A stretch of DNA of 64,000 nt. Origin: Octopus vulgaris (lineage: Eukaryota). Made by a program: the position numbers and the translations under genes. The stretch's first letter is position 1; each line of letters opens with the position of its first letter. The notes under the pieces are model-generated. The model ran no database searches, was not told where the DNA came from, and saw nothing but the letters and a program-made list of their open reading frames with translations. This document shows positions 43,799 to 55,618 of the stretch, in pieces. The stretch lies in NCBI GenBank assembly GCA_951406725.2, contig OX597830.1, positions 36,146,001 to 36,210,000 on the forward strand, written 5' to 3'.

Positions 43799-45455
43799 AT
43801 ACATACATACATACATACATACATACATACATACATACATACATACATACATACATGCATACATACATACATACATACATACATACATACATACATACAT
43901 ACATACATACATACATACATACATACATACATACATACATACATAAAGGGTACCTGCTGCTAAGGCCGTATTAAACTTTTATCAGGTACTACTCCATATA
44001 TAAATGAAAATGTCATCGTTGTTTTTTTTTCAGTCAAAATTTGTTAGGACTTTTTTCTATTTCAGAATATTGAATTTTTACGATGAACAAAGTTTGCATA
44101 TTGTCTACTTCATATTTTTTTTAAGAACTAACTTATCGAACGGTTACAATTCCGATGATTGATCAGTTTATAATATTTTCAAAACAATTTTCCTGTAGTC
44201 ACTAGACGTTTTAGAGCAATAATGTTATTGTTCATTTTTGGCGGAAAATGTGTTATCTAATGAGTGTGGCGACACTGGTATGATAATTCCATTCTTGATG
44301 TCGTTGCTAAGTCTTGTTGCTGTTTAGTTTCAGATCAGCGCTGTTCAAGCGGACCAATAATCCAAAGTATTTTAGACATCCACGGCTTACCTTTCCCTCA
44401 GGGGTGCGTAGCACAATGTTATCTAATCTGTCCTGCCCTTACATAAGAAGATATAATTATTTAAAGGATATTTTGTCGCTCTTTCTAACAAGCCAAGCGG
44501 TCATGTGAAGGATTATTGTGATAGCTCGCTAATTTCCATGTTCTAACCGATGTTGGGTTTGTTATATCTTATATGCTAACCTCCATACTGTTATAGTTCT
44601 GGCTGTGTTTCTGTTGGCATTGTTCTTATGTCTGTTTTATACAAAGACAAAAATCAAGAAAACCTATGATGAAAAGCGTTCCTCCCATGACTATCAGCTC
44701 TCTTGGAATGTCTACATCTTCATTACACAATATCTTTTTACTATTTTCTTAAACAACAGGTTTTAATTTGGCGGAGATTTGGTTGATATTTCTAGCAAAT
44801 ATAGCGACTATGTAGAGACGTTCCCATTGACTCATTGGTGTTCCTGTGGTTGTCGATGTTGATTGTGCTACGTTTTACTATTTTCCTTTCTATTTTATTT
44901 ATATTATTTTTTTATTCTACCTATCGAAGTCACAACAGCATATATATATATCAACTATTTATTCCATCCATTCAACCATCACGTATCCGTACTCCAAATC
45001 CTGCGATACAACCTTGACAATAATGTTTAGATGTTAGCATATTATTTTATTTCTTTTTTCCCATATATATTTCTTCTCTTTTTCTTCTATACAAACTAAC
45101 GAAACGATTTCTTCACATTTATATATGTTTTTGTTGTTGTTTAGTGTTATGTTTTTTTTTTTACGAACAGCGCCAGTAACAACAGGCATAAGTACAAAAA
45201 CAAGCAGAATATAAGCAAATAGCCTACATACTAACGACACGTTTACGTATTGGAGAAACAGAATTATATTTTCGAATAATATTGAAAACGAGAAAATCAA
45301 CAACAGCAAGAGTAACAGTTACAACAACACAAAACAACGAAAGAAAGTCGAAAGACACAACAGCGTGCACTGCATTCAATCAACAGTCCTGTATTTCTTA
45401 ACTGAAGATATTTTTTCAAGCTGTCATACATATACATACATACATATATATATAT

Positions 45456-45536
<81 letters not shown>

Positions 45537-45575
45537 TATATATATATATTTATTTATATATATATACATATATAT

Positions 45576-45626
<51 letters not shown>

Positions 45627-45672
45627 GTCACACATAGAATATATATATTTATTTATATATATATATATATAT

Positions 45673-45730
<58 letters not shown>

Positions 45731-46467
45731 GTCAGACATAGAATACATGTACATATATAGAATGTTTGTTGTGCTTCTCAATGAATAAAAAAAAAGCATG
45801 GTGAGAAAGAAAAAAATTAATCACACTTCCCAGTATACAATATAAAGAAGACACAGCGTGAAGGACATACGCATATAAATTCATATCTACCTATCAATAT
45901 GTCTATCTTTCTCTCATTCTCTTTCAATATATGCATGTGTATGTGTATATGCGTGTTCGTATGCATGCATGTAAGTGCGTATTTCGCGCATAAATGTAAG
46001 GCTAAAAGCTGGTCTCTATCACATAGCGAGTTGATGTCGGATTCAACATTGTTGATTTGATCATAACAGGAAATTGTTAGGCCAAGAGTTTCAAGCAATC
46101 TAATAATACGACCAAAAAAAAAAATACAACCCAAAAATTGCATTTTATGAAAAGGGTTGCTGTATTTTAAGGTAACGAGTCAACATTTAACACAACATAA
46201 ACCACAACACGAAAATACCTCTTAGCCGCTGACAAGCGAGTATTACTGTTATTTCCTATTGAAACGTTGTAGATATACCTACATAAATATATATGTATAT
46301 GAATACACGCATATATACAGGCATATTGATAGATAGAAACAAATTTATATGTATGTATATAATTTGTGTTTCTTCTGTTGCTTATTTTTGTAATGTCTAG
46401 ATTTTGATACAATTTAGGAGTATTTGTTACGTAACGTTCTACTGTTGGTGTTTTGTCTTTTACGTGC

Positions 46468-46501
<34 letters not shown>

Positions 46502-46653
46502 GTAGATTCTCTGTTGTCGTTTAAGAACATTCATGAGCCACCCAGCACGAGAATGTAGTTATCTTGGTGCAACACGCGATAATTAAATGGTGTTGAATAA
46601 AACTGTACGAGTGTGTGTGTGTCTGTGTGTATGTGTATGTGTGTGTGTGTGAA

Positions 46654-46830
46654 CGAGGAGGTGCAGAAAAGTTATTGGTTTTAAAGGCATCGCGGAAAGC
46701 CTGGTTGGAGGCCCAACATACCGAGTTCTTTTACAGGGCTTAGTAAATCTGAGGGAACGCTGCAGTAAGTGTATGAATCTATGACGGGACCATGTTGAAT
46801 GCCCAAAGCCAGGACCATTCCAGCATACTT
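46654..46830 (+). mobile_element. Mariner-derived MITE (same family as 12580)
   Basis: CGAGGAGGTGCAGAAAAGTT...CCGAGTTCTTTTACAGGGCTT...AAAGCCAGGACC. Confidence 0.6.
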
Positions 46831-46975
46831 AATGCGTATGTATGTATGTATGTATGTAGAAATTATATACATGCATATATGCATGTTGTAAGCACAGTGT
46901 AGCTGAATAGTTAAAAAATTTGATATTTTCCTAGAATATCCGGTAACTTGAGTAGATGAAAACTATATAGCAGTA

Positions 46976-47361
46976 CTAGCAGTATCGCCCGGCGTTGCTC
47001 AGGTTTGTAAGGGAAATAACTATAAAGCATTTTTAGAGAGTTATAGCCAAAAAATAGCAAAAAAATGGAAAAAAATGATGGTAAATTTTTTTTTTGAGAT
47101 TTAAAAAAGGTAGAGTTGCGTCCCCTACACAGTTTGTGGTTCGTATTCCTGATTCTCGACCCCATGTCGAATTTATCGATTTTTTTCAGAACTGGGGGAA
47201 CTTTTCAAAATTTTCGCTGCGTTAGTTTTGAATTATGACATTGGGCTATGTGTGTGTCAAGTTTCATCAGAATCGGTTGAAAGCCGTGGTCAGGGTGAGG
47301 GTACAAGCAAACAGACACACAGAAACACGCACAGACAAACTGCCGTTTATATAGAGAGAGA
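46976..47361 (-). mobile_element. Non-autonomous Helitron
   Basis: Minus strand starts with TC and ends with CTAG, inserted between host A and T, no TSD. Subterminal hairpin at 46988-47003 lies about 10 nt from the 3' end. Confidence 0.75.
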
Positions 47362-47591
47362 TGCCGGGTAGATATTACCTATTGTCTAACGGTCCAACCT
47401 TATCACAAAGACTCAAGAATTTGAACGTATAACAAAACGCTTTCCGATATTTCTTCGACATGACAATCAAAATAATCAAAGAATTTTTTTTTTTTTTGCT
47501 CATGCTGAAGGCCAGCAGGTTTGAAGCAGGTGTGGGTATATATTGATACCATCAACTTCAATACTCACTGGCACAATATGTTGTTGACTTC

Positions 47592-48390
47592 AAGGCGGCG
47601 AGCTGGCAGAAAGGTTAGCACGCCGGGCGAAATGCTTAGCAGTATTTCGCTTTGCCGCTACGTTCTGAGTTCAAATTCCGCCGATGTCGACTTTGCCTTT
47701 CATCCTTTCGAGGTCGATAAATTAAGTACCAGTTACGCACAGGGGTCGATGTAATCGACTTAATCCGTTTGTCTGTCCTTGTTCGTCCCCCCTGTGTTTA
47801 GCCCTTGTGGGTAGTAAAGAAATAGGTATTTCGTCTGCCGCTACGTTCTGAGTTCAAATTCAGCCGAGGTCGACTTTGCCTTTCATCCTTTCGAGGTCGA
47901 TAAATTAAGTACCAGTTACGCACTGGGGTCGATGTAATCGACTTAATCCCTTTGTCCGTCCTTGTTTGTCCCCTCTATGTGTAGCCCCTTGTGGGCAGTA
48001 AAGAAGTAAGAAACGTTAGCACGCCAGGCGAAATGCTTAGCGGTATTTCGTCTGCCGTTACGTTGTGAGTTCGAATTCCGCCGAGGTCGACTTTACTTTT
48101 CATCCTTTCGGGGTCCATAAATTAAGTACCAGTTACGCACTGGGTTGATGTAATCGACTTAATCCATTTGTCTGTCCTTCTTTGTCCTCTCTGTGTTTAG
48201 CCCCTTGTGGCTAGTAAAGAAATAGGTATTTCGTCTGTCTTTACGTTCCGAGTTCAAATTCCACAGAAGTCGACTTTACCTTTCATCCTATTGGGGTCTA
48301 CAAATTAAGTATCAGTTGCGTACTGGGGTCGATCTAATCGACTAGACCCCTCCTTAAATATTTCAAGCCTTGTGCCTAGAGTAGAAAAAA
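47592..48390 (+). mobile_element. SINE family A tetramer
   Basis: One head plus four bodies. Junctions AAAGAAATA|GGTATTTCGTC and AAAGAAGTAA|GAAACGTTAGC. Ends in GCCTAGAGTAGAAAA. Confidence 0.88.
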
Positions 48391-48713
48391 ATATTTTGTT
48401 GACTTCCAAAAGAATGAAATACAAAGCTAACATCAACAGTATGTGAATTAAACCCGTAAATAGCTGTCACAAATATCGCGACTACACTGTCTTTAATTTG
48501 ATTAATTAATGAAGTAATTAACTTATTAATTGGCTGGCTGTTTCTTTCTAATTTTGGCACAAGGTCAGCAATTTGGATAGGCAGTGGAAGTCGATTACAT
48601 TGATCCCAGTACTTGACTGCTATTGATCTTATTAATCACGAAGTGACGGAAAGCAACACTGACCCCGGCGGAATTAAATAAATGCTCGATTATTTAATAA
48701 AAAATATATATAT

Positions 48714-49112
48714 CTTTTTACTCTTTACTCTTTTACTTGTTTCAGTCATTTGACTGCGGCCATGCTGGAGCACCGCCTTTAATCGAGCAACTCGGGACTT
48801 ATTCTTTTGTAAGCTCAGTACTTATTCTATCGGTATCTTTTGCCGAACCGCTAAGTAACGGGGACATAAACACACTAGCATCGGTTGTCAAGCAATGCTA
48901 GGGGGAAAAACACAGACACACAAACACACACATATATATATACATATATACGACGGGCTTCTTTCAGTTTCCGTCTACCAAATCCACTCACAAGGCTTTG
49001 GTCGGCCCGAGGCTATAGTAGAAGACACTTGCCCAAGGTGCCACACAGTGGGACTGAACCCGGAACCATGTGGTTGGTAAACAAGCTACTTACCACACAG
49101 CCACTCCGCGCC
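48714..49112 (-). mobile_element. Full-length CORE-type SINE (family B, OR2-like)
   Basis: Minus strand: GGCGCGGAGTGGCTGTGTGGTAAG...GGGTTCAGTCCC...CORE...tail GAAACAAGTAAAAGAGTAAAGAG. Confidence 0.88.
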
Positions 49113-49632
49113 TATCAAAATTTGCAAATAATAAATGACATTACTTGATTGTATATCGGCACTTGTGTTTGCACTATGTTAAGGAACTGAGCTTCTGTTC
49201 TTTGACCCAGAAAATAGCGCACGTGCTAGTTTGGAGAACGTCCAAGGATATCCGAATGTGTCCTTTGCTTCGTTTAATTGAGTTCAGTTAATAGGTGAAC
49301 GAGTTAGTTTCTAACTAACGAGAAAAAGGCATTATTAGTGCTTGGCGTTCGTGGCTAAAATAATTCTAGTTTGCCCCACTGAATTCGATTCTTGGCCGGG
49401 ATATTTCGTTAAGATTCTGTATAAGGTACAAGCACACCTATGTAGGTAAGAAGTTCATTTTGCAACCATGGGATTTGGGGTTCAGTCCACTGCACTGCAC
49501 CTAGGGCAAGTGTCTTTTACTATAGCCCCCGCACCGAATACTACCTTGTGAGGGATTGGTGGTTAATGGAAACTGAATGAAAACTCATCGTGCGTGTGTG
49601 TGTTTGTGTGTGTGTCTGTGTGTGTGTTGGTG

Positions 49633-49663
<31 letters not shown>

Positions 49664-50210
49664 TGGTGGTGGTGGTGTGTGTGTGTGTGTATGCGTAGAC
49701 AACCACTGTTGTTTGAGAACCGCTGAAATGTAGATATAGAAAGAGTACTGGTCCATTGCTTCTAGCTGTGAAAAATATACAGAAGATAGTGTGGACCTGG
49801 ATGTACTACGTCTAAGCATAAATCATGATGGCCACGTGTGGAACACCTTTCATCATAGATCTATACGATCAAGTTTGTTCTGAAGCTAAGAAATTAGTCA
49901 GTCACAGAAGGAACCTGTATGTATATATTCACCTAGAAATATCAGCAAAATTTCTCTCAACTCATAGCTGAACATATAAGACTACTATACTACATACAAT
50001 GGATAATGTAATTCGAAATATGTGATTATAACAATGATGTGGAAGGGTGGACACGGCTGGAGGAGTTTGGGTCATGGCAGAACAGAGATAATATCAATAA
50101 CAACAGCATAGACAATCTAGAACAAAATGATGTTCTAAGCTGCACCAAATGTAAATCACACACATATAGTGTTATACATAAATATATACATATACATATA
50201 TATATATACA

Positions 50211-50345
50211 TCCGACCAAAAGCTCCGCCCGAAAGGTTAAACCCTCCTTCTTTCCTTCTTTCCTGAGCGTCCAATAATACTATATTTGTTACACGTCCTC
50301 GCGTTGTTGTGTTTTTTTTTTTGCTTTCTTGTTTGGATTAACTTT
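50211..50345 (+). mobile_element. Decayed short HHR-type element related to 53240-53445
   Basis: CCGACCAAAAGCTCCGCCCGAAAGGTTAAACC aligns with CTGAAGAAGAGCTTTGCTCGAAACGTGAAACC; downstream sequence is also similar (CCTCGCGTTGTTGT). Confidence 0.5.
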
Positions 50346-50540
50346 AACTAACTATATATATATATTCAATATATATATATAATAAATGAATAAATAGTCG
50401 AAAATATTTACATACATTTTTATTATTAATTATTATCATTTGTAAAATGATGATAATATAGGTGGCCATCAAGCAAAAGGTGATAAATGGCAAATCCCAA
50501 ATTTGTTAATTTATAATTATAATAGGTCACATGCGGTGCC

Positions 50541-50593
<53 letters not shown>

Positions 50594-50597
50594 AATC

Positions 50598-51725
50598 TTG
50601 GGTTGGCAGCTAAGTTCTCGCTGTTTTTTATTTTTTAATTTTTTAAAAGGTTTAATAAAAAATAACAACTAATTAATCAATAATGTATTCACCCTTGTTT
50701 TTTACAACTTCTTCCCAACGGTCAACAAGATTTTCAATACCTCGGGGGTAGAAATCACCCGATTTCGACTCGAAAAATTGATCCAACCAAGCTCTCAATT
50801 CTGCATCAGAATTGAACGAAACTCCGCGCATGGCATTTGAAAGAGATCGAAAACGGTGGAAATCAGTTGGTGCCAAATTAGGAGAGTACGGCGGGTATGG
50901 CAGGACTTCCCATCCATGCGTTTGAATGACTTCCTTGGTCATATTGGCGATATGAGGAAGCAGGGGTTGTCCTGCAGCAGAACTCCATGCTGCCGATTGG
51001 GTATTTTCTCTTGAATAGCCGTGTTGAGTCGTTCCATCTGTTGAACATAGAGTTCCGCGTTGACTGAGTTCCGTTCAAGCAATTCGTAATGGATAATCCC
51101 TTCCCAATCCCACCATACGCACAACATCATTTTACGCGGATGAAGATCTTATTTCACGCGCGGTGTCTCTTGTTTACCGGGGCTAAGCCATTCCTTACGC
51201 TGATTCATATTGTCACTTAAAGTATGCGGAACCCATGCTCCATACTTTTGAACTGATTCTCTATAGCAGTGTGGGAGCATTCCATTTTCTCTGCCAGTTT
51301 CCTTGTCGTTTGACGAGAATTTTCGTGCAAAAGTTGGTTTAATCGCTCTTCATCGAACTCAATTTGATGGCCTGAACGAGTTGCGTCTTTGAGGTCAAAA
51401 TTTTCATTTTTGAACTTCGCATACCAATCGCGAACGGTTCTTTCAGCTATGGCACCCTCTCCATATACAGCACAAATGTCGCGAGCAGCTTGTGCGGCTT
51501 TAGAGCATTCATTAAAAGCAAAAAGGTGTCAAAAATGGTCGTTTTTCTTACATTGACATTCCATTTTAATGATCTGAAAATAAAGAAAAATAACTAAAAT
51601 TAACTAGAAAAAAAAACAAAATAGATTCCAAAATGATTCCAAAATAGAATTCTCGAAAAAAATAGATTCCAAAATTTAAAAACGCATTCCAAAATTTAAA
51701 AAAAACGGCGGGAACTTAGTTGCCA

Positions 51726-51731
<6 letters not shown>
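50598..51731 (-). mobile_element. Mariner transposon (mellifera-subfamily-like), non-functional
   Basis: TIRs TTGGGTTGGCAGCTAAGTTCTCGCTGTTTTT / AAAAACGGCGGGAACTTAGTTGCCAACCCTA, inserted in (TA)n. Confidence 0.92.
50673..51564 (-). pseudogene. Mariner DD34D transposase pseudogene
   Basis: MECQCKKNDHF*...AARDICAVYGEGAIAERTVRDWYAKFKN...WVPHTL...MLCVWWD...QDN...YSPNLAPTDFH...GIENLVDRWEEVVKNKGEYIID*; contains stops, frameshifts and an internal deletion. Confidence 0.92.
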
Positions 51732-51780
<49 letters not shown>

Positions 51781-51915
51781 TATATTAAATTAGAGATAAA
51801 ACCACTATTAGGCAAATCAAACAATGAAAAACATAAGCCAATACATAAAATTAATTAATATATATTATTTTAAATATATATCAAAAGTATTAAAAGTTTA
51901 ATAAAAGATAAAGAG

Positions 51916-52156
51916 TAAAACACTACGATCGTTTCATGGCTGTACAATTCGTAATAATTCGAATTATGGTTACAGTCAATCTTCAGGTAATTGAAATATT
52001 TATCTTAGCGAGGTTTGCTAAGTATCTTGCTTAAAAACACTACGATCGTTTCATGGCTGTACAATTCGTAATATTTCGAGTTATAGTTAAAGTCAATCTT
52101 CAGGTAATTGAAATATTTATCTTAGCGAGGTTTGCTAAGTATCTTGCTTAAAAACA
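51916..52156 (-). repeat. 117-bp tandem dimer, each unit with a type-I hammerhead (51918-51992 and 52035-52109)
   Basis: Minus strand: AATTAC CTGAAGA T TGACTGTA...TACAGCCA T GAA ACGATCGT A GTGTTT; stem III is palindromic. Confidence 0.8.
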
Positions 52157-52159
52157 GAA

Positions 52160-52240
52160 AACACAGGCGGTCCGCGAATCGAACTCAAAACACCGCGATT
52201 GTAAGCCTGATGCTCTAACCACTGAGCCATGCACCTTCAC
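52160..52240 (-). mobile_element. tRNA-like head of SINE family D, truncated by the HHR repeat
   Basis: Minus strand: GTGAAGGTGCATGGCTCAGTGGTTAGAGCATC...GAGTTCGATTCG; matches 61741-61810. Confidence 0.7.
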
Positions 52241-52256
52241 ACACATGCACACACAG

Positions 52257-52335
<79 letters not shown>

Positions 52336-52457
52336 GATAGCTAGATAGATAGCTAGATAGATAGCTAGATAGATAGACAGATAAATACATACATACATAC
52401 ATACATACATACATACATGCATGCATGCATGCATACATACATACATACATACATACA

Positions 52458-52491
<34 letters not shown>

Positions 52492-53075
52492 CATACATAC
52501 ATATATAGACACACACACATGGCAGACATTAATCACTTAGATGAATTTAAAAAAAGAAAGCTATGAAAGCAACTCAATACTTTAATTCATTTATGAAATA
52601 AACATACAAAATATAATTAAATTAAATGTTTAGATCTTAATGTCTGTGTTACAAAGTAAGAAATATACAGAACGACATCAGTGCATAATGTCAGCGTGTA
52701 TGTGATATTAAATAAGTAGAACGAATGTAGAGAAAAATATGATATCAATCATTGAGTCTCTATTTGGGAACACAAATTGAATTAGTCTCCCGGACTATGT
52801 TTTACAAGAAAGAAATAACCAATGCAATTAAACAATAATCATTCGATAATAATCAAGTGCAGAGAGCAGGCAAAGTCGTTGATGACTCGAACAAAATGTC
52901 AGACTGAATGTAGGACAGAATCTTGTAATAAAAGCTCTGATTTCAAATCCGGCCGAGATAAACTTTGACTTTCAGTCATCAGTCTGATGACAGATAGTAA
53001 ATCGAAACTTCGAAGTCACCGTCAATCTTTGCTTTGTAAAAATAAATAAATACGTACAGGTACAAGAGTGGCATA

Positions 53076-53241
53076 GGCGCAGGAGTGGCAGTGTGGTAAG
53101 AATCTTCCTTATCAACCACATGGTTCCCGGTTCAGTCCCGTTGCGTGGAACTTTGGGCAAGTGTCTTTTACTATAGCCTCGGGCCGACCAAAGCCTTCTG
53201 AGTGGATTTGGTAGACAGAATCTGAAAGAAGCCTGTCGTCA
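53076..53241 (+). mobile_element. CORE-type SINE (family B), 5' half
   Basis: GGCGCAGGAGTGGCAGTGTGGTAAG...CTTTGGGCAAGTGTCTT. Confidence 0.8.
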
Positions 53242-53313
53242 TGTAACCACATGTGAATCGTTGGCGATTTTTTCCTCCATCTTCCTTTTCTATTGGACTT
53301 TTTTCTGTCTCCT

Positions 53314-53348
53314 GTTTCTGAAGAAGAGCTTTGCTCGAAACGTGAAAC
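53314..53348 (+). ncRNA. Minimal hammerhead motif with G at the cleavage position
   Basis: GTTT CTGAAGA A GAGC-TTT-GCTC GAA ACGT G AAAC. Confidence 0.6.
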
Positions 53349-53471
53349 CACCTTTCTTTCCCTCCCTGATGATCTGCTAATACGTTACATGTACCACTTC
53401 CTCGCATTGTTGTTTTAATTTTGTTTGATCTTCGTTGCTTTGGTATATATATATATATATATATGTTTGTG

Positions 53472-53581
<110 letters not shown>

Positions 53582-53802
53582 AAAATCGATATTAATTTAA
53601 TAATACCATTAATTTAACACCAAGTGGCTTAGCACAACTACGGAGAAAATACAAATTTATACATAAATTATTAGAGAGTTATCCACTATGTGGATAACTC
53701 TAGTGCTAAAATAGCTCCGAAGCAACCACAGAAGATCAGTTTCAACTAGAATCAACATACATTTAACGGAGGAAAGTGAAATACAACGAATAAAATAGAT
53801 TG

Positions 53803-53878
53803 ACTCTATACAATTGTTTCATTACTAATGTAATATGTAGTTTTACTTACACTCACATCTATAAATCTTCGGTAGAGT
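53803..53878 (-). ncRNA. Hammerhead, array copy 1
   Basis: Reverse complement of 55050-55125. Confidence 0.72.
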
Positions 53879-54295
53879 TTGTCAGAAATGCAATTAATTA
53901 GATCGATTCGAGCGTCAAAAACACGAGCGGTCCAACCAATTACATTTTTAGTTATGTCTCAAATTCCGCGCCAAAAGCATGCCTAGACTCCATTGAAAAC
54001 GTATGCCGCATCAAATAAAATATTGACTGCCGCGTAGTTAAATTTATAAAATTATAAATGAGGGTGAAAAATCGATATTAATTTAATAATACCATTAATT
54101 TAACACCAAGTGGCTTAGCACAAAAAACTACGGAGAAAATACAAATTTATACATAAATTATTAGAGAGTTATCCACTATGTGGATAACTCTAGTGCTAAA
54201 AATAGCTCCGAAGCAACCACAGAAGATCAGTTTCCAACTAGAATCAACATACATTTAACGGGAGGAAAGTGAAATACAACGAATAAAATAGATTG

Positions 54296-54371
54296 ACTCT
54301 ATACAATTGTTTCATTACTAATGTAATATGTAGTTTTACTTACACTCACATCTATAAATCTTCGGTAGAGT
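54296..54371 (-). ncRNA. Hammerhead, array copy 2
   Basis: Reverse complement of 55050-55125. Confidence 0.72.
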
Positions 54372-55049
54372 TTGTCAGAAATGCAATTAATTAGATCGAT
54401 TCGAGCGTCAAAAACACGAGCGGTCCAACCAATTACATTTTTAGTTATGTCTCAAATTGGCAAGCATGCTTTAGACTCCATGAACTTGCCGCAATCAAAT
54501 AAAATATTTGACTGCCGCGTAGTTAAATTTATAAATTATAAATGAGTGAAAAATCGATATTAATTTAATAATATAGATGTGAGTGTAAGTAAAACTACAT
54601 ATTACATTAGTAATGAAACAATTGTATAGAGTCAATCTATTTTATTCGTTGTATTTCACTTTCCTCCCGTTAAATGTATGTTGATTCTAGTTGGAAACTG
54701 ATCTTCTGTGGTTGCTTCGGAGCTATTTTTAGCACTAGAGTTATCCACATAGTGGATAACTCTCTAATAATTTATGTATAAATTTGTATTTTCTCCGTAG
54801 TTTTTTGTGCTAAGCCACTTGGTGTTAAATTAATGGTATTATTAAATTAATATCGATTTTTCACCCTCATTTATAATTTTATAAATTTAACTACGCGGCA
54901 GTCAATATTTTATTTGATGCGGCATACGTTTTCAATGGAGTCTAGGCATGCTTTTGGCGCGGAATTTGAGACATAACTAAAAATGTAATTGGTTGGACCG
55001 CTCGTGTTTTTGACGCTCGAATCGATCTAATTAATTGCATTTCTGACAA

Positions 55050-55125
55050 ACTCTACCGAAGATTTATAGATGTGAGTGTAAGTAAAACTACATATTACAT
55101 TAGTAATGAAACAATTGTATAGAGT
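55050..55125 (+). ncRNA. Hammerhead, array copy 3
   Basis: ACTCTA CCGAAGA [45-nt stem II hairpin] GAA ACAATTGT A TAGAGT. Stem I is 6 perfect pairs, stem III is palindromic, triplet GUA with predicted cut after 55119. Confidence 0.75.
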
Positions 55126-55542
55126 CAATCTATTTTATTCGTTGTATTTCACTTTCCTCCCGTTAAATGTATGTTGATTCTAGTTGGAAACTGATCTTCT
55201 GTGGTTGCTTCGGAGCTATTTTTAGCACTAGAGTTATCCACATAGTGGATAACTCTCTAATAATTTATGTATAAATTTGTATTTTCTCCGTAGTTTTTTG
55301 TGCTAAGCCACTTGGTGTTAAATTAATGGTATTATTAAATTAATATCGATTTTTCACCCTCATTTATAATTTTATAAATTTAACTACGCGGCAGTCAATA
55401 TTTTATTTGATGCGGCATACGTTTTCAATGGAGTCTAGGCATGCTTTTGGCGCGGAATTTGAGACATAACTAAAAATGTAATTGGTTGGACCGCTCGTGT
55501 TTTTGACGCTCGAATCGATCTAATTAATTGCATTTCTGACAA

Positions 55543-55618
55543 ACTCTACCGAAGATTTATAGATGTGAGTGTAAGTAAAACTACATATTACATTAGTAAT
55601 GAAACAATTGTATAGAGT
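55543..55618 (+). ncRNA. Hammerhead, array copy 4
   Basis: Same motif, offset +493. Confidence 0.75.

Noticed and set aside
53680-53697. DnaA-box 9-mer (TTATCCACA/TGTGGATAA) in each 493-bp unit, suggesting a bacterial or plasmid origin
   Set aside because: There is one exact box per unit, as part of a hairpin, in a eukaryotic repeat context with no rep/dnaA genes. Coincidence is more likely.
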